Below, piece by piece: positions 12,254-24,925 of a DNA stretch of 59,409 nucleotides. This DNA comes from Octopus sinensis (lineage: Eukaryota), in the NCBI RefSeq assembly GCF_006345805.1, contig NW_021832975.1, forward strand, positions 1-59,409. Reading direction: 5' to 3'. A program made the position numbers and the translations under genes. Numbering within the stretch: the first letter of the stretch is position 1; each line of letters begins with the position of its first letter. The notes beneath the pieces were generated by a model. It did not search any database. It was given only the letters and a program-made list of their open reading frames with translations, and was not told the origin of the DNA.

Positions 12254-12805
12254 CCCTGATGCAGTACCAGGCAGTGGCTCTCATGGCTTATGATCTTGAC
12301 TGATTGGAATTGTTATCATGTACATTGTTTTGTCTTGGTATAAAAGATGGGCTACAGCAAATATTCTGCTCAATACCACAGATTTGCTTGTCAGTTGTTT
12401 GACCTTAACCAGTTGAGCATGTCCCTTAGTGGCTGACAATATGTGCATCTCTGATCACGAGCGGAAGTAGTGGGGGAGCATCATAGCCATGTGTTGAGAG
12501 GGTTTCTATGGATTTTGAATAATTCACCTCTGGAAACATAGGTGTTTCGTTCAACATCCTTAAACAACCCTTATTCAAGGACCTTTTGAGCGGGATGGGC
12601 TACTCAACCAGAAGAAAATTCTAACTGGGCCCCACCTGCAAGGTCATGTGCTGTTTATCTTGATATGAGATCACCATGTTGCGCACATATGGTTGTGATG
12701 CATGTGCCTGGTCTACCCTTATCAGACGGGTAGTCATGATGGGTATATTGGGCTTCGTATATTTTACCCCAGTTTCACTTTGATGGCATGAACTGCTCTC
12801 TCACT
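12250..12805 (+). mobile_element. ~560-bp (AAT)n element, full copy
   Basis: Colinear with 10300-10858. Confidence 0.9.
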
Positions 12806-12806
12806 A

Positions 12807-12852
<46 letters not shown>

Positions 12853-12869
12853 TAATAATAATAATAATA

Positions 12870-13378
12870 ACTGATTGGAATTGTTATCATGTACATTATT
12901 TTGTCTTGGTATAAAAGATGGGCTACAGCAAATATTCTGCTCAATACCACAGATTTGCTTGTCAGTTGTTTGACCTTAACCAGTTGACCATGTCCCTTAG
13001 TGGCTGACGATATGTGCATCTCTGATCATGAGCAGAAGTAGTGGGGAGGGCATCATAGCCGTGTGTTGAGAGGAATTCTTAGAGGTTTAGATAATTCACC
13101 TTTGGAAACATGGGTGTTTCGTTCAACATCCTTAAACAACCCTTATTCAGGGACCTTTTGAGCTGGATGGGCTATTTGACCAAAAGAAAATTCTAACTGG
13201 GTCCCACCTGCAATGGCATATGCTGTTTATCTTGATATGAGATCACCATGTCGCGCACATATGGTTGTGATGCATGTGCCTGGTGTACCCTAATCAGACG
13301 GGTAATCCTGATGGGTATACTGGGCTTCGTATATTTTACCCCAGTGTCACTTTGATGGCATGCACTGCTCTCTCACTC
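12870..13378 (+). mobile_element. ~560-bp (AAT)n element, 5'-truncated copy
   Basis: Begins at AACTGATTGG, ends CTCTCACTC, (AAT)n flanks. Confidence 0.9.
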
Positions 13379-14039
13379 AATAATAATAATTATTATTATT
13401 TGCCACAAAAGCAACAATTTTAGAGGGAAGGTGTTAGTCAATTACATCGATGCCAATACTATATTTTATGCTACTTTACTGTATCGACCAGGAAGGATGA
13501 ATGGCAAAGTCACCCTCGGCACAATAATAATCTGTATATATAAAAAGGCAGGATGTGTGTGTGTGTACGTGAATGCAATTTATGCACGGCCACAAATTAG
13601 CACGCATGTCGCTACAATTTTAGGAGGATATTCGTCATGATCCTAGCTGTATTTTCATCAACTTATTTTTACTAGAGGCACCAGCGAATAGCAGTAAAAG
13701 TAAATTTTCAACCAAGACTTTTAATAATTTTCAAGTCAGAGAAATCACCATTGTTTGCAAACAGTAGTTAAGTCCCCTTCTAGCGACGAGTAAGTTTTTT
13801 GTCAAGACTTTTATTGTCTTTTTCCATCGAGGAAAAACGTATTTTGTTGATATACGGGCAACACACACGCACACACATACGAACACGTATGTGTACAAAA
13901 AACATACATGCAATAGGTGTTTGTACGTACGTGTGTGTATGTGTGTGTGTTGCCCATATATATATATATCAACGGATTTCGCCCAAATTTGACGTCGATG
14001 TTACTTAGTTTGGTTTGAAATAAAGAACTTGATTAGCTT

Positions 14040-14083
14040 AATAATACTAACTTAATCCCGGGCAAAGCCGGGTTATACTGCTA
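14040..14083 (-). mobile_element. Terminus of a Helentron-type non-autonomous (HINE-like) element
   Basis: Reverse complement ACTAGCAGTATAACCCGGCTTTGCCCGGG matches the start of the element at 40727. Confidence 0.55.
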
Positions 14084-14102
14084 GTACTACTACTACTACT
14101 AC

Positions 14103-14134
<32 letters not shown>

Positions 14135-14981
14135 AAATAATAATAATGATGATGATGATAACAACAACAACAATAATGATGATGATGATGATGATAATAT
14201 TTTTTTATTTGCTACAAATGCGACGGAAGGGCAAGTTACAAAAGTGCTATTCCCCACACCCCGTGGAATCGACAATAAAATTAATAATGTAATAGTATTA
14301 TGTAAAAAAAAACCTCACAAAATACGGCAAAATAGTTACACGTAACAAAACTTCAGCATCAGTAGTAACAGCAACAATGTCAAAAATACTACCATGATAC
14401 TAAGAACAATAGCATTCATCAACAGTATTATTATTGTGTGAATTATAAAGATAATTACGTGCTGTGAAACGGGTGGGTTACGATAGTATTAATGAGCGAG
14501 TAGATTTTCGTTTGTTTTCAGTAAAGGGGAGGAATACACACAATGCCATATTAATAACTAACTAAAAACACATACAATCGCATACACACACCAGTTGTGC
14601 CAAGCAAACAGTATGCGTGCGTGTGTGTGTGTGTGTGTAAATGTCGTTATGTGTAAGTGAATATATGAATGTATGTGTGTCTTGGTGGGTGTGAGTTTGT
14701 GTTGTCTGTTTGTGGGATGGATAGTGTGTGTGCGTCCCTCTGTGCGTGTGAGAGTGCGTATGTGTGTGCAAGTGTAGTTGTGTGTACATATGTATATGTA
14801 TGCATAAGTATATATATATATATATATATTATATAAATATATTATATCTATATATATATGGAGTAAACTTGTTTTCTGTGGTTGTGTGATGAATGCATTG
14901 TGCGCACACGTGTGTGTGTGCGTGGGTGTGCGTATATGTGTGTAAGTGTAGTTGTGTGTACATGTGTATATGTATGCATAA

Positions 14982-15019
<38 letters not shown>

Positions 15020-15716
15020 CGTATGTATGTATGTTTGTTATATATATATAATATATATATATATGGGAGTAAATTTGTTTTGTGTTTGTGTGATGTTAAC
15101 ATAGTGTGCACATGTGTGTGTGTGTATGTGTTAGTTTGGTTGTATGCATGTGTATATATGGACGTATGTGTATATATATATGAGCGTAAATTTACGTTGC
15201 GTGTATGTGCGAGGAATGCTTGTATTTGTGCGTATGCGTGTATGCATGTATATGTAAGTGTGTTTGCGTGTGTATATGAAGATGTATATGTAAATGCAGG
15301 CCTGATGAGTGAATAGTGTGTATACATGCGTATATGAATGTATACGTGCATGTAGGTGTGAATTTTGTTTGTGTATGTGCATGTTTGTGTGAATATGCGA
15401 GTATGCATGAATATGTGTATTCTATGCATATATGTGTGTGTATGTGAATGTGCCTGTGTATGTGGGTGTGGGTGTATGCATTGCTGTGTATGTGATTGTG
15501 TGCGTGTACTAGTGTGTGTGTATGTGTGTGTATGTTTGTGTGTGCGTGCATGCGCGCGCGTGTTTAAGGCGGTGAATTGGGCGAGACATTAGAATGTCGG
15601 ATAAAATGCTGTGAGGCATTTGTTACGGTTCTCAGAACTTTAAGTTGAAACGTAGCCGAGGTCAACTCAGTCTTTCCTCTTTTGGGACAATGAATATAGT
15701 ACCATTCTAGTATTGG

Positions 15717-16319
15717 GGTGGCCCTCTTCTCTCTCCCTGTCTCAGTTTGTCTTTCTCTGTGTCTCCCTTTATCTCCCTATGTCTGTCTCTGTCTCTCCCT
15801 CTGTACCTCTGTCTGTCTCTCTCTCTCTGTCTTTCTCTATGTCTTTGTCTCTGTCTCTCTGTCCGTCTTTCCCTCATTGTCTTTCTTCTGTCTTTCTCCG
15901 CCCCTCTCTCTCTTTGTTTCACTGTGTCTCTCTGTGTCTCTCTGTCTCTTTCTATCTCTTTGTTTCTGTCTTTCACTGTCTTTGCCTCTGTCTCCGTCTC
16001 TCTCTATCTCTATGTCTCTCTGTCTTTGTCTTCCCCTCTTCGTCTTTTTCTTTCTTTCTTTCTCTCTGTCTTTCTCTTTCTCTGTCTCTGTCAACATCTA
16101 TCTCACTGTCCCTGTGTCTCTCTCTGTCTTTCCCTATTCATCTTTCTCCCTCTCTGTCTTTCTCTGTCTCTCACTTTGTTTCCCTCAGTCTCTCTCTGTT
16201 TCTTCCCCTCTTTTTCACTCTCTCTTTCTTTGTTTCCCTCTATCTCTTCATATCTGTCTCTCCCTCTACGTCTTTCTCTCCGTCTCTCTCCGTCTCTCTC
16301 TCTCTCTCTCTCTCTCTCC

Positions 16320-16355
<36 letters not shown>

Positions 16356-16425
16356 TTCTCTGGTTCTCTCTCTTTCTCTGTCACTGTGTCTCTTCTGTTT
16401 CCCTTTTTCATGCTCCATTTTTCTC

Positions 16426-16456
<31 letters not shown>

Positions 16457-16505
16457 ACTGTTTCTCTCTCTCCCTCCCTCTCTCCTCCTCTTTCTCTCTC
16501 TCGCT
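15717..16505. repeat. (CT/CTGT)n polypyrimidine tract
   Basis: Near-continuous TC/TCTG repeats; the ORFs here are artefacts. Confidence 0.95.
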
Positions 16506-16518
16506 CACTTGGTGCCTA

Positions 16519-17135
16519 TACTTCAGTGGCTCTCAATCGGAGTTCATATGACCACTGAGGGTCCGTATAAGATTTTTGGCGGTTCATGCAAGAGAATAGT
16601 AAATTGGGGATTCACAATAGAATTTCAAGGGTCCCTAAATAATTTTTGCTTTAGATGTATTGCACTGGTATGTACTGTAAGAAACAGTTCGGTTTCTTTC
16701 TCTAACGTTTTACATAATAGGCGCAGGAGTGGCTGTGTGGTAAGTAGCTTGCTTACGAACCACATGGTTCCGTGTTCAGTCCCACTGCATCGCACCTTGG
16801 GCAAGTGTCTTCTACTAAAGCCTCGGACTGACCAAAGCCTTGTGACTGGATTTGGTAGACGGAAACTGAAAGAAGCCCGTCGTATATATATATATATATA
16901 TATATATGGATGCATATGTTTGTGTGTCTGTCTTTGCCCCCCCCCCCCAGCATCGCTTGACAACCGATGCTGGCGTGTTTATGTCCCCGTCACGTAGCGG
17001 TTCGGCAAGAGAGACCGGTAGAATAAGTACTAGGCTTACAACGAATAAGTCCTGGGATCGATTTGCTCGACTAAAGCGGTGCTCCAGCATGGCCGCAGTC
17101 AAATGACTGAAACAAATAAAAGAATAAAAGAATAA
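16519..17135 (+). mobile_element. hAT-like MITE segment followed by a full SINE-A (16719-17135)
   Basis: CAGTGGCTCTCAATC start resembles hAT-type TIRs; whole unit repeated at 21921-22552. Confidence 0.7.
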
Positions 17136-17324
17136 AAGAATAGTCCAACCTACACAAATTAATGTGTGAAAAGCAAAACAGGAATTTTGAAAGAAGTTTC
17201 TATAAAGCATCGAATGGCCATGTGGGGGCCACCAGAATGGAATATTAATCAAGGAGGTCCATAGATAAAAAAGATGGCTGAGAATCCTTGGTCGAGAGCC
17301 TTGTCACCACACGTCTCATTGATT

Positions 17325-17455
17325 CCCCATGAGAATTGCGTTAAATATACACGTGACTGTGGAATACACAGACGTAAGCATGTTAATTTTACGAGTAAGA
17401 CTTCAATGTTATGAACGACTGAAGACTCATCGACGACATCGACGGAGAACCCACC
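17325..17455 (+). mobile_element. Diverged copy of a third SINE family (Nin/Deu-domain-like)
   Basis: Aligns to 22700-22836 (GAGAACTACGTTAA..CTGTGGAATAC..GTTAATTTCACGAG..GACGGAG); another copy on the minus strand near 4355-4430. Confidence 0.55.
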
Positions 17456-18124
17456 ATGTATTTGCAGGTGTGAGTTGGTATATGTTTCTGCGTGAGTATG
17501 TATGCGAGTGTGTACGTGAGTGTCTACGTGTGTGCATGTATGTAGGTATGTGTGTGTCTATGTATGTATGTATGTATGTATGTATGTATGTGTGTGCATG
17601 CATGTGTGTATGTGTATATGTATGTATGTATGCGTGTATGTGTGCGTGCATGTATGTATGTATGTATGTATGTATGTATGAATGTATGTATGCATGTATG
17701 TGTGCATGTGTGTGTGTATGTATGTACGTATGTATGTGTGTGCATGTATGTATGTGTGTGTATGTATGTATGTGTGTATTGTGTGCGCATGTATGTACGA
17801 AAGTATGTGTGTATGCGTATATGTATGTGTGTGTGCATGTATTTGTGTATGTGTGTGTGCATGTATGTACGTATGTATGTGTGTGCGTGCATATATGTAT
17901 GTGTGTGTGTGTGTGCATGTATGTATGTGTGTGTTGTATGTATGTGGTGTATTGTGTGCGCATGTATGTACGAAAGTATGTGTGTATGCGTATATGTATG
18001 TGTGTGATGCAATGTATGGTGGATGTGTGTGTGGCATGTATGTACGTATGTATGTGTGTGCGTGCATATATGTATGTGTGTGTGTGTGTGCATGTATGTA
18101 TGCATGTATGTATGTATGTATGTA

Positions 18125-18172
<48 letters not shown>

Positions 18173-18613
18173 TGTGTGTGTGTGTGTGTGAGTGTGGGTG
18201 TGGCTCTTGGTTTTCGTGAATTCTCCGTAAGCAACAGACATGTTCCAATCACCATGCTTAAAAGAACATGGTTCCAGTGGCAGAATTAGAAATATCGAGA
18301 AAGATCAAATTAACGAAAATCGATAAATAAAAAGCGAAGTGAAAGGTAAGAGTTGATGAGGAAGGAGATTAAAACAAATAAAACAATAAAATGTCCAAAA
18401 CCAAAAACACAGATGTGTGTGCGTGTGTGTGTGTTTGTGCTTGTGTGTGTGTGTGTGTATTGGCTGTGTGGTAAGTAGCTTGCTTACCACCCACACGGTT
18501 TCGGGTTCAGTTCTACTGCATGGCACCTTAGGCAAGTATCTTCTACCATAACCTCGGGCCGACCAAAGCATTGTGAGTGGATTTGGCAAACGGAAACTGA
18601 AAGGAACCCCTCG

Positions 18614-18694
<81 letters not shown>

Positions 18695-19399
18695 GTCTAT
18701 CTATCCATCCAAAAAATAACCCGGAAATCGCGATACACATATTGTTTTGAGCTGAGTGGGGGTGCTAGATTCCCTTGTTCGAAAATATAAAGACACAGAT
18801 CGTGTCGTATAGCCAGATTTCGACGATGTCTCCTGGAGCTAAATTACAGCAACAGTCGTCCTAAACCAGGACTGCCATGTTATGTTGGCAAATAATCTTT
18901 ACTACAATGTACTGTTGCTGAATATCTCTGTTCTTACAACAACCATAGGTCAGGAGTTAAACAGGGTGATGTGTTCGGCCTACCATTTTCTAGCACTCTA
19001 TTTTTATACTTCAGACACTGAATGTATGTTCATTTTGATATATATTACACCAAAATCAGGGTGAAACTTGAGATGTGTTTTACTCAGTTAAATGGCAATC
19101 GCCCTAAAATTTTGATTTTATGTTTAGTTAGTAAATAGTTTCACTCATTAGGTCCAATTCTAGAAAACGTATGATGTCTAACACAATAGAGACCTAAACA
19201 AGATATTCTTTGTTTGTAAAGTTACGCCTCTAATGGTATTGAATTCAAATCCATCCCAACCGCGCTTTTTTTTTTCCGCCATTTTGTGTGTATGTGTAGC
19301 GCATTACTTAGAATTCTCAGTGCCGAAAACAAATGATTTTTATTTTAGTTTTGTTTTTGATTTTTGTTTGAATTTTATTTCTCGTCACTGACACCAGCA

Positions 19400-19537
19400 C
19401 CTCCATCACTACAACTACCACACCAGCCATCATCATCATCATCATCAACATCATCATCATCATCATCAGCATCGTCATCATCATCATCGTCATCATCATC
19501 ATCATCAGCAGCAGCAGCAGCATCATCATCAGCATCG

Positions 19538-19576
<39 letters not shown>

Positions 19577-20474
19577 GCATCATCATCATCATCGTCATCA
19601 TTATCATCATCATCATCATCAGCAGCAGCATCATCATCAGCATCAGCATCATCATCATCACTTCTGCTATCACTTGATATTAATATTCCGTTGACGTCAT
19701 CACTAATTCTCTCTCTCAACTCCTACCACCACGACAGACAATACTCCCACCGCATGTGCACCACCACTACAACTACCACCCCTTTCTCCTTACACACACA
19801 CACACATAGACATCCACGGCACCAACGTCATCAACCTACCACCAGTACTACAACAAATACTACCCCACCGTTTCCAAATGCTACTACCACCTTAACCTGA
19901 ACCAACATCACTACCACTAACTCCACTACCATCATCATATACACCACTTACCCTTTACTAACTCACCCTGCACCCATCACCATCATTAACACAGTTACCG
20001 CTTTTAAACCGAGCTATTACCCATACTGTAATACCACCAACACCACAAATCCACCACTACCATCAACGCCACCATTAACGCCCACGGCTAAATCTCCACC
20101 CCGCCACCTTCGGTGAGTATAACACCCACCAGAAACTCAGTTTTGTCTATTATTGTCCGTCTCCTCCACCACCGAATACCATCGTGCCATCACAGCTATC
20201 ACCGCCACCTTCACAAACATTCACTACAAGCGTGACCCCTTATCCACACATACACCTTATCTCACACCACTATCATCACCATCACCATCATCAACACCAT
20301 CGCCACCACCACCACACCACCACCATGACGATCATCTACTCGACCACTACCACCATCACCACCAACACTGCCACCACCACCGCCATCAGCATCACCAGTG
20401 CCACTATCATCACAACCGCTAAAACCTCCACAGCCACAACCACCACCAACAGTAACAACATAACGCCACCGTAC

Positions 20475-20526
<52 letters not shown>

Positions 20527-20885
20527 CACCACCACCACCCCAACCAGCTCCACCATAACTCAGCGCCACCACCTATCACCATCAACACCACCATCACCAC
20601 CATCACCACCAACACTGGCAACACTTCCACCACCGCCAGCACCTCCACTACTACCATCAACCACCACCAACAGCAACACAAGCAGCAACACCACCATCGG
20701 GACCAATATTCCCCACCAACACACCAACGCCACCATAACCTCCCAACCACTACCACTACCACCACCACCTCCGTCATCATCACCACCATCAACATCAATA
20801 CCACCTCCACCACCATCACTGCCCTCAACATCAATGTCACCTCCGCCACACCACTACCACCACAGCCACGACCACCACCTCCACC
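19400..20885. repeat. CAT/CAG/CAC trinucleotide patchwork
   Basis: Pure (CAT)n grading into degenerate (CAC/ACC)n and (CCACGA)n; no frame is convincingly coding. Confidence 0.85.
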
Positions 20886-21218
20886 ATATTTACCTTAATT
20901 CTTAATCCTTCACATTACTATTCTTCGTTTTACCATTCTCTTTCGCTTGTATTGTTTTCATTCTCTATGTTTATATTATTTGTTTGTATTGTGTAGTTTG
21001 TGTTTATTATGTAATTTTTTTAGAAGTCGCCTCTTGTTTGTTTATTTGTATTAAATTTTGTTGTTATGCTTCTAGTTTCGTTGTCTGCGTTCATCCTGTT
21101 GTTTTTTGTTTTGTATTTGCCTTTGATTTATGTTGTTTGTGCGTTTGTGTTGATGTATTTATCGTTTACATTGTTTCCCATTGTACATTATTATGTAGCC
21201 TTATAGATAGATAGATAG

Positions 21219-21266
<48 letters not shown>

Positions 21267-21405
21267 GGGTAGTTAGGTAGGTAGCTACGTACGTATGTAG
21301 GTAGGTAGAGAGATAGATAGATGGTGGATGGATGGATAGATGGATAGATAGATGGGTAGGTAGGTAGATGTCTAGGTAGATAGGTAGATAGAGAGACAGG
21401 CAGAC

Positions 21406-21436
<31 letters not shown>

Positions 21437-21437
21437 C

Positions 21438-21479
<42 letters not shown>

Positions 21480-21760
21480 GTAGATAGATAGATAGATAGA
21501 TAGTGTATATAGTTGTTATTATGCAAAAGTGTCGTAAATCCAAAACGTTGCTTTTTGAGCAAACGAAAAAATAGTTTCACTATTCCATAGCAAAACCGTT
21601 GTACTACACTTTGACAATTTTTGATATCTTGGCATCTGAAGCAGCTGGAGATACAATAGTGTGACCAAAAGAACCGGCTATTACAAGCAAAAATAAATAA
21701 TGAAAAAGAAGAAACGCATTTGGTCAAATTTGAACATACGGCAGTTTAACGTAATAGTAA

Positions 21761-21802
<42 letters not shown>

Positions 21803-21920
21803 TATGTAAATGTATGAATGAATTATCCTTGGTTTATAGTTAACATGGAAAATTCAATAAACAGTTACCAGGGTAGCAAAATTCACGCAAGTAACATTAT
21901 TTTACACCGTTTATTCCCTG

Positions 21921-22552
21921 TACTTCAGTAGCTCTCAATCGGAGTTCATATGACCACTGAGGGTTCATATAAGATTTTTGGCGGTCTATACAAGAGAATA
22001 GTTAATTGGGGATTCACAATAGTATTTCAAGGGTCCCTAAAAATGCTGCTTTAGATTATTGCACTGGTATGTACAGCAAGAAACGGCTCGGTTTCTTTCT
22101 CTAACGTTTTACATAATAGGCGCAAAAGCGGCTGTGAGGTAAGTAGCTTGCTTACGAACCACATGGTTCCGGGTTCAGTCTCGCTGCGTGGCACCTTGGG
22201 CAAGTGTATTCTACAATAGCCTGGGGCCGACCAAAGCCTTGTGAGTAGATTTGGTTGACGGAAACTGAAAGAAGCCCGTCGTATATATGTATATATATAT
22301 ATGTATGTGTATATATATATTATATATACATGTATGTGTGTGTATATGTTTGTGTGTCCGTGTTTGTCCCCCCCACCATCGCTGTCTATGTGTGTCTGTG
22401 TTTACCTCCCAGTAACTTAGTTGTTCGGCAAAAAGAGACTGATAGAATAAGTACTAGGCATACAAAGAATAAGTCCTGGGGTCGATTTGCTCGACTAGAG
22501 GCGGTGCTCCAGTATGGCCGCAGTGAAATGACTGAAACATGTAAAAAAGAGT
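21921..22552 (+). mobile_element. Second copy of the hAT-like segment plus SINE-A (22118-22552)
   Basis: Same junction TTTTACATAAT|AGGCGCA and the same GCTTACGAACC variant as 16519-17135. Confidence 0.75.
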
Positions 22553-22619
22553 AAAAAACGTACTGAGTTCAATTCAAGGAGACGCGTTGTGTTTTTGAGC
22601 AAGGAACTTTATTTCATGT

Positions 22620-22836
22620 TGCTTCAGTCCACTCAGTAGTGAAAGACGAGTTGTACCTGGAATTCAAAGGGTCAACCTTGTCCCATTCCGTGTCACGCCG
22701 AATCTCCCTGAGAACTACGTTAATGGTACGGCATGTCTGTGGAATACTCAACCACTTGCACGTCAATTTCACGAGCAGGATGTTCAATTGATCGGATCAA
22801 CTTCAAAACCTTGTCATCGTAACCGACGGAGTGCCA
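22620..22836 (+). mobile_element. Nin/Deu-domain-like SINE 3' portion
   Basis: TGTCACGCCGAATCTCCCTGAGAACTACG..CACTTGCACGTCAATTTCACGAG..GACGGAGTGCCA; related fragments at 24255-24283 and 17325-17455. Confidence 0.55.
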
Positions 22837-22882
22837 GTTATATATATATATATGTATATATTGTATATGTATAATATATATC

Positions 22883-22935
<53 letters not shown>

Positions 22936-22944
<9 letters not shown>

Positions 22945-23340
22945 TATTAGAGACAAAACCACTATTTTGCAAAACAAACAAGGAAAGACTTAATCAATAC
23001 ATAAAATTTTAATAAATAGTCAAAAAAACCGCCACTACAATCGTTTCTTGTCTTGTCTTCAGGTGGACTTCCAATAATTCAGTGTCAAATTATGAAGTCA
23101 TAATTTGACACTGAATTATTGGAAGTCCACCTGAAGATTGTCGATCAAGACAAGAAACGATTGTAGTGGCGGTTTTTTTGACTATTTATTAAAATTTTAT
23201 GTATTGATTAAGTCTTTCCTTGTTTGTTTTGCAAAATAGTGGTTTTGTCTCTATAATATTTTATAATATTTTACTATAAAATCGATTTAATCCTAAATCT
23301 GATTTTTTCCCTGTAAATTTGGATTTATTCCCTAATTTTA
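22936..23340. mobile_element. Penelope-like fold-back: ~160-bp near-perfect palindrome plus 3' extension, in (TA)n
   Basis: 22936-23095 is the reverse complement of 23098-23264, 2-nt loop, with one 8-bp and one 1-bp indel. Confidence 0.85.
23127..23169 (+). ncRNA. Minimal type I hammerhead ribozyme, canonical core
   Basis: CCAC-CUGAAGA-UUGUC(GAUCAA)GACAA-GAAA-C(GAUU)G-UA-GUGG; predicted cleavage after GUA at 23165. Confidence 0.8.
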
Positions 23341-23365
23341 TTATATATATATAGATTATATATAT

Positions 23366-23397
<32 letters not shown>

Positions 23398-23399
<2 letters not shown>

Positions 23400-23621
23400 C
23401 TCAATCCAAACAAGGGCAAGCAAGAAAAAAAACAACTCGAGGACATGTTACAAGTACTATGTTATTGGACAAGAGGGGATGCATTTCCAGTAGACAAAAT
23501 ATAGGTAAATTTGTTGTTGAGAATACACCTAAATTTGGAAAAATGTAATTGTTTAAAATTAATTCTGTTTTTAGCAATTACAAGTTTTTCAAATTTATGT
23601 GCATTTTCAACACCAAATTTG

Positions 23622-23622
<1 letters not shown>
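23398..23622 (-). mobile_element. Possible 3' end of a Penelope-like ORF and UTR, in (TA)n
   Basis: EKLVIAKNRINFKQLHFSKFRCILNNKF resembles the EKLxI..LN..SKCRHxNKF tail of GIY-YIG-bearing PLE proteins; the terminus resembles 43930-44000. Confidence 0.4.
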
Positions 23623-23664
<42 letters not shown>

Positions 23665-23789
23665 TGTGTGTGTGTGTGTGTGTGTATGTATTATATATAT
23701 ATATAATTCTGGTACATTTATATATACATTTGATTGTGTATGTGTGTATATACCCTTGCATGCATGCATTCTATTCTAGGCACAAGACT

Positions 23790-24178
23790 GAAATTTTTGG
23801 GGGAGTGGGACTAGTCGATTAGATCGACCCCAGTACGCAACTGGTACTTAATTTATCTACCCCGAAAGGAGTGAAAAGCAAAGTCGACCTCGGCGGAATT
23901 TGCACGTAGAACGTAACAGCAGACAAAATACCTATTTCTTTATTACCCACAAGGGGCTAAACACAGAGGGGACAAACAAGGACAGACATAGGTATTAAGT
24001 CGATTACATCGGCCCCAGTGCGTAACTGGTACTTAATTAATCGACCCCGAAAGGATGAAAGGCAAAGTCGACCTCGGCGGAATTTGAACTCAGAACGTAG
24101 CGGCAGACGAAATACGGCAGACAAAATACCGCTAAGCATTTCGCCCGGTGTACTAACGATTCTGCCAGATCACCGCTT
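23790..24178 (-). mobile_element. SINE-B with a 5'-truncated SINE-B (23933-24116) nested inside
   Basis: Perfect 14-bp duplication GCAGACAAAATACC at 23919-23932 and 24117-24130. Confidence 0.9.
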
Positions 24179-24283
24179 TACGGAAACTGGTGTATTGAAA
24201 TGTTGCTGACATTAGAAGTAGTGTACATGAATAAGTATTAAGAGTCACACACCGTGTCACGCTGAATCTCCCCAAGAATTACT

Positions 24284-24925
24284 AGGCGTAGGAGTGGCTG
24301 TGTGGTAAGTAGCTTGCCTAAGGCAGCAAGCTGGCAGAATCGTTAGCACTCCGGGCGAAATGCTTAGCAGTATTTCGTCTGCCGCTACGTTCTGAGTTCA
24401 AATTCCGCCGATGTCGACTTTGCTTTTCATCTTTCGGGGTCGATTAAATAAGTACCAGTTACGTCGATATAATCCGTTTGTCTGTCCTTGTTTGTCCTCT
24501 CTGTGTTTAGCCCCTTGTGGGTAGTAAAGAAATAGATAAGTAGCTTGCTTACCAACCACATGGTTCCGGGTTCAGTCCCACTGCGTGGAACCTTGGGCAA
24601 GTGTCTTCTACTATAGTCTCGGGCCGACCAAAGCCTTGTGAGTGGATTTGGTGAACGGAAACTGAAAGAAGCCCGTTGTATATATGTATATATACATATA
24701 TGCATGTGTCTGTATATGTTTGTGTGTCTGTGTTTGCCCCCCACCAACATCGCTTGACAACCGATGCTTGTGTGTTTACGTCCCCGCAACTTAAGCGGTT
24801 CGGCAAAAGGAGCCTGGTAGAATACCTACTAGTCTTACAAATATAAGTCCTGGGGGTCGATTTGCTCGACTAAAAGTGGTGCTCCAGCATGGTCGCAGTC
24901 AAATGACTGAGACAAGTAAAAGAGT
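24284..24925 (+). mobile_element. SINE-A interrupted by a SINE-B (24321-24536)
   Basis: 15-bp TSD TAAGTAGCTTGC(C/T)TA at 24306-24320 and 24537-24551. Confidence 0.9.

Noticed and set aside
15713-16997. ORFs of 277-416 aa
   Set aside because: CT microsatellite running into a MITE and SINE; no domain content.
17329-17470. Possible exon ending CAG|GTGTGA
   Set aside because: The sequence aligns to the SINE family at 22700-22836.
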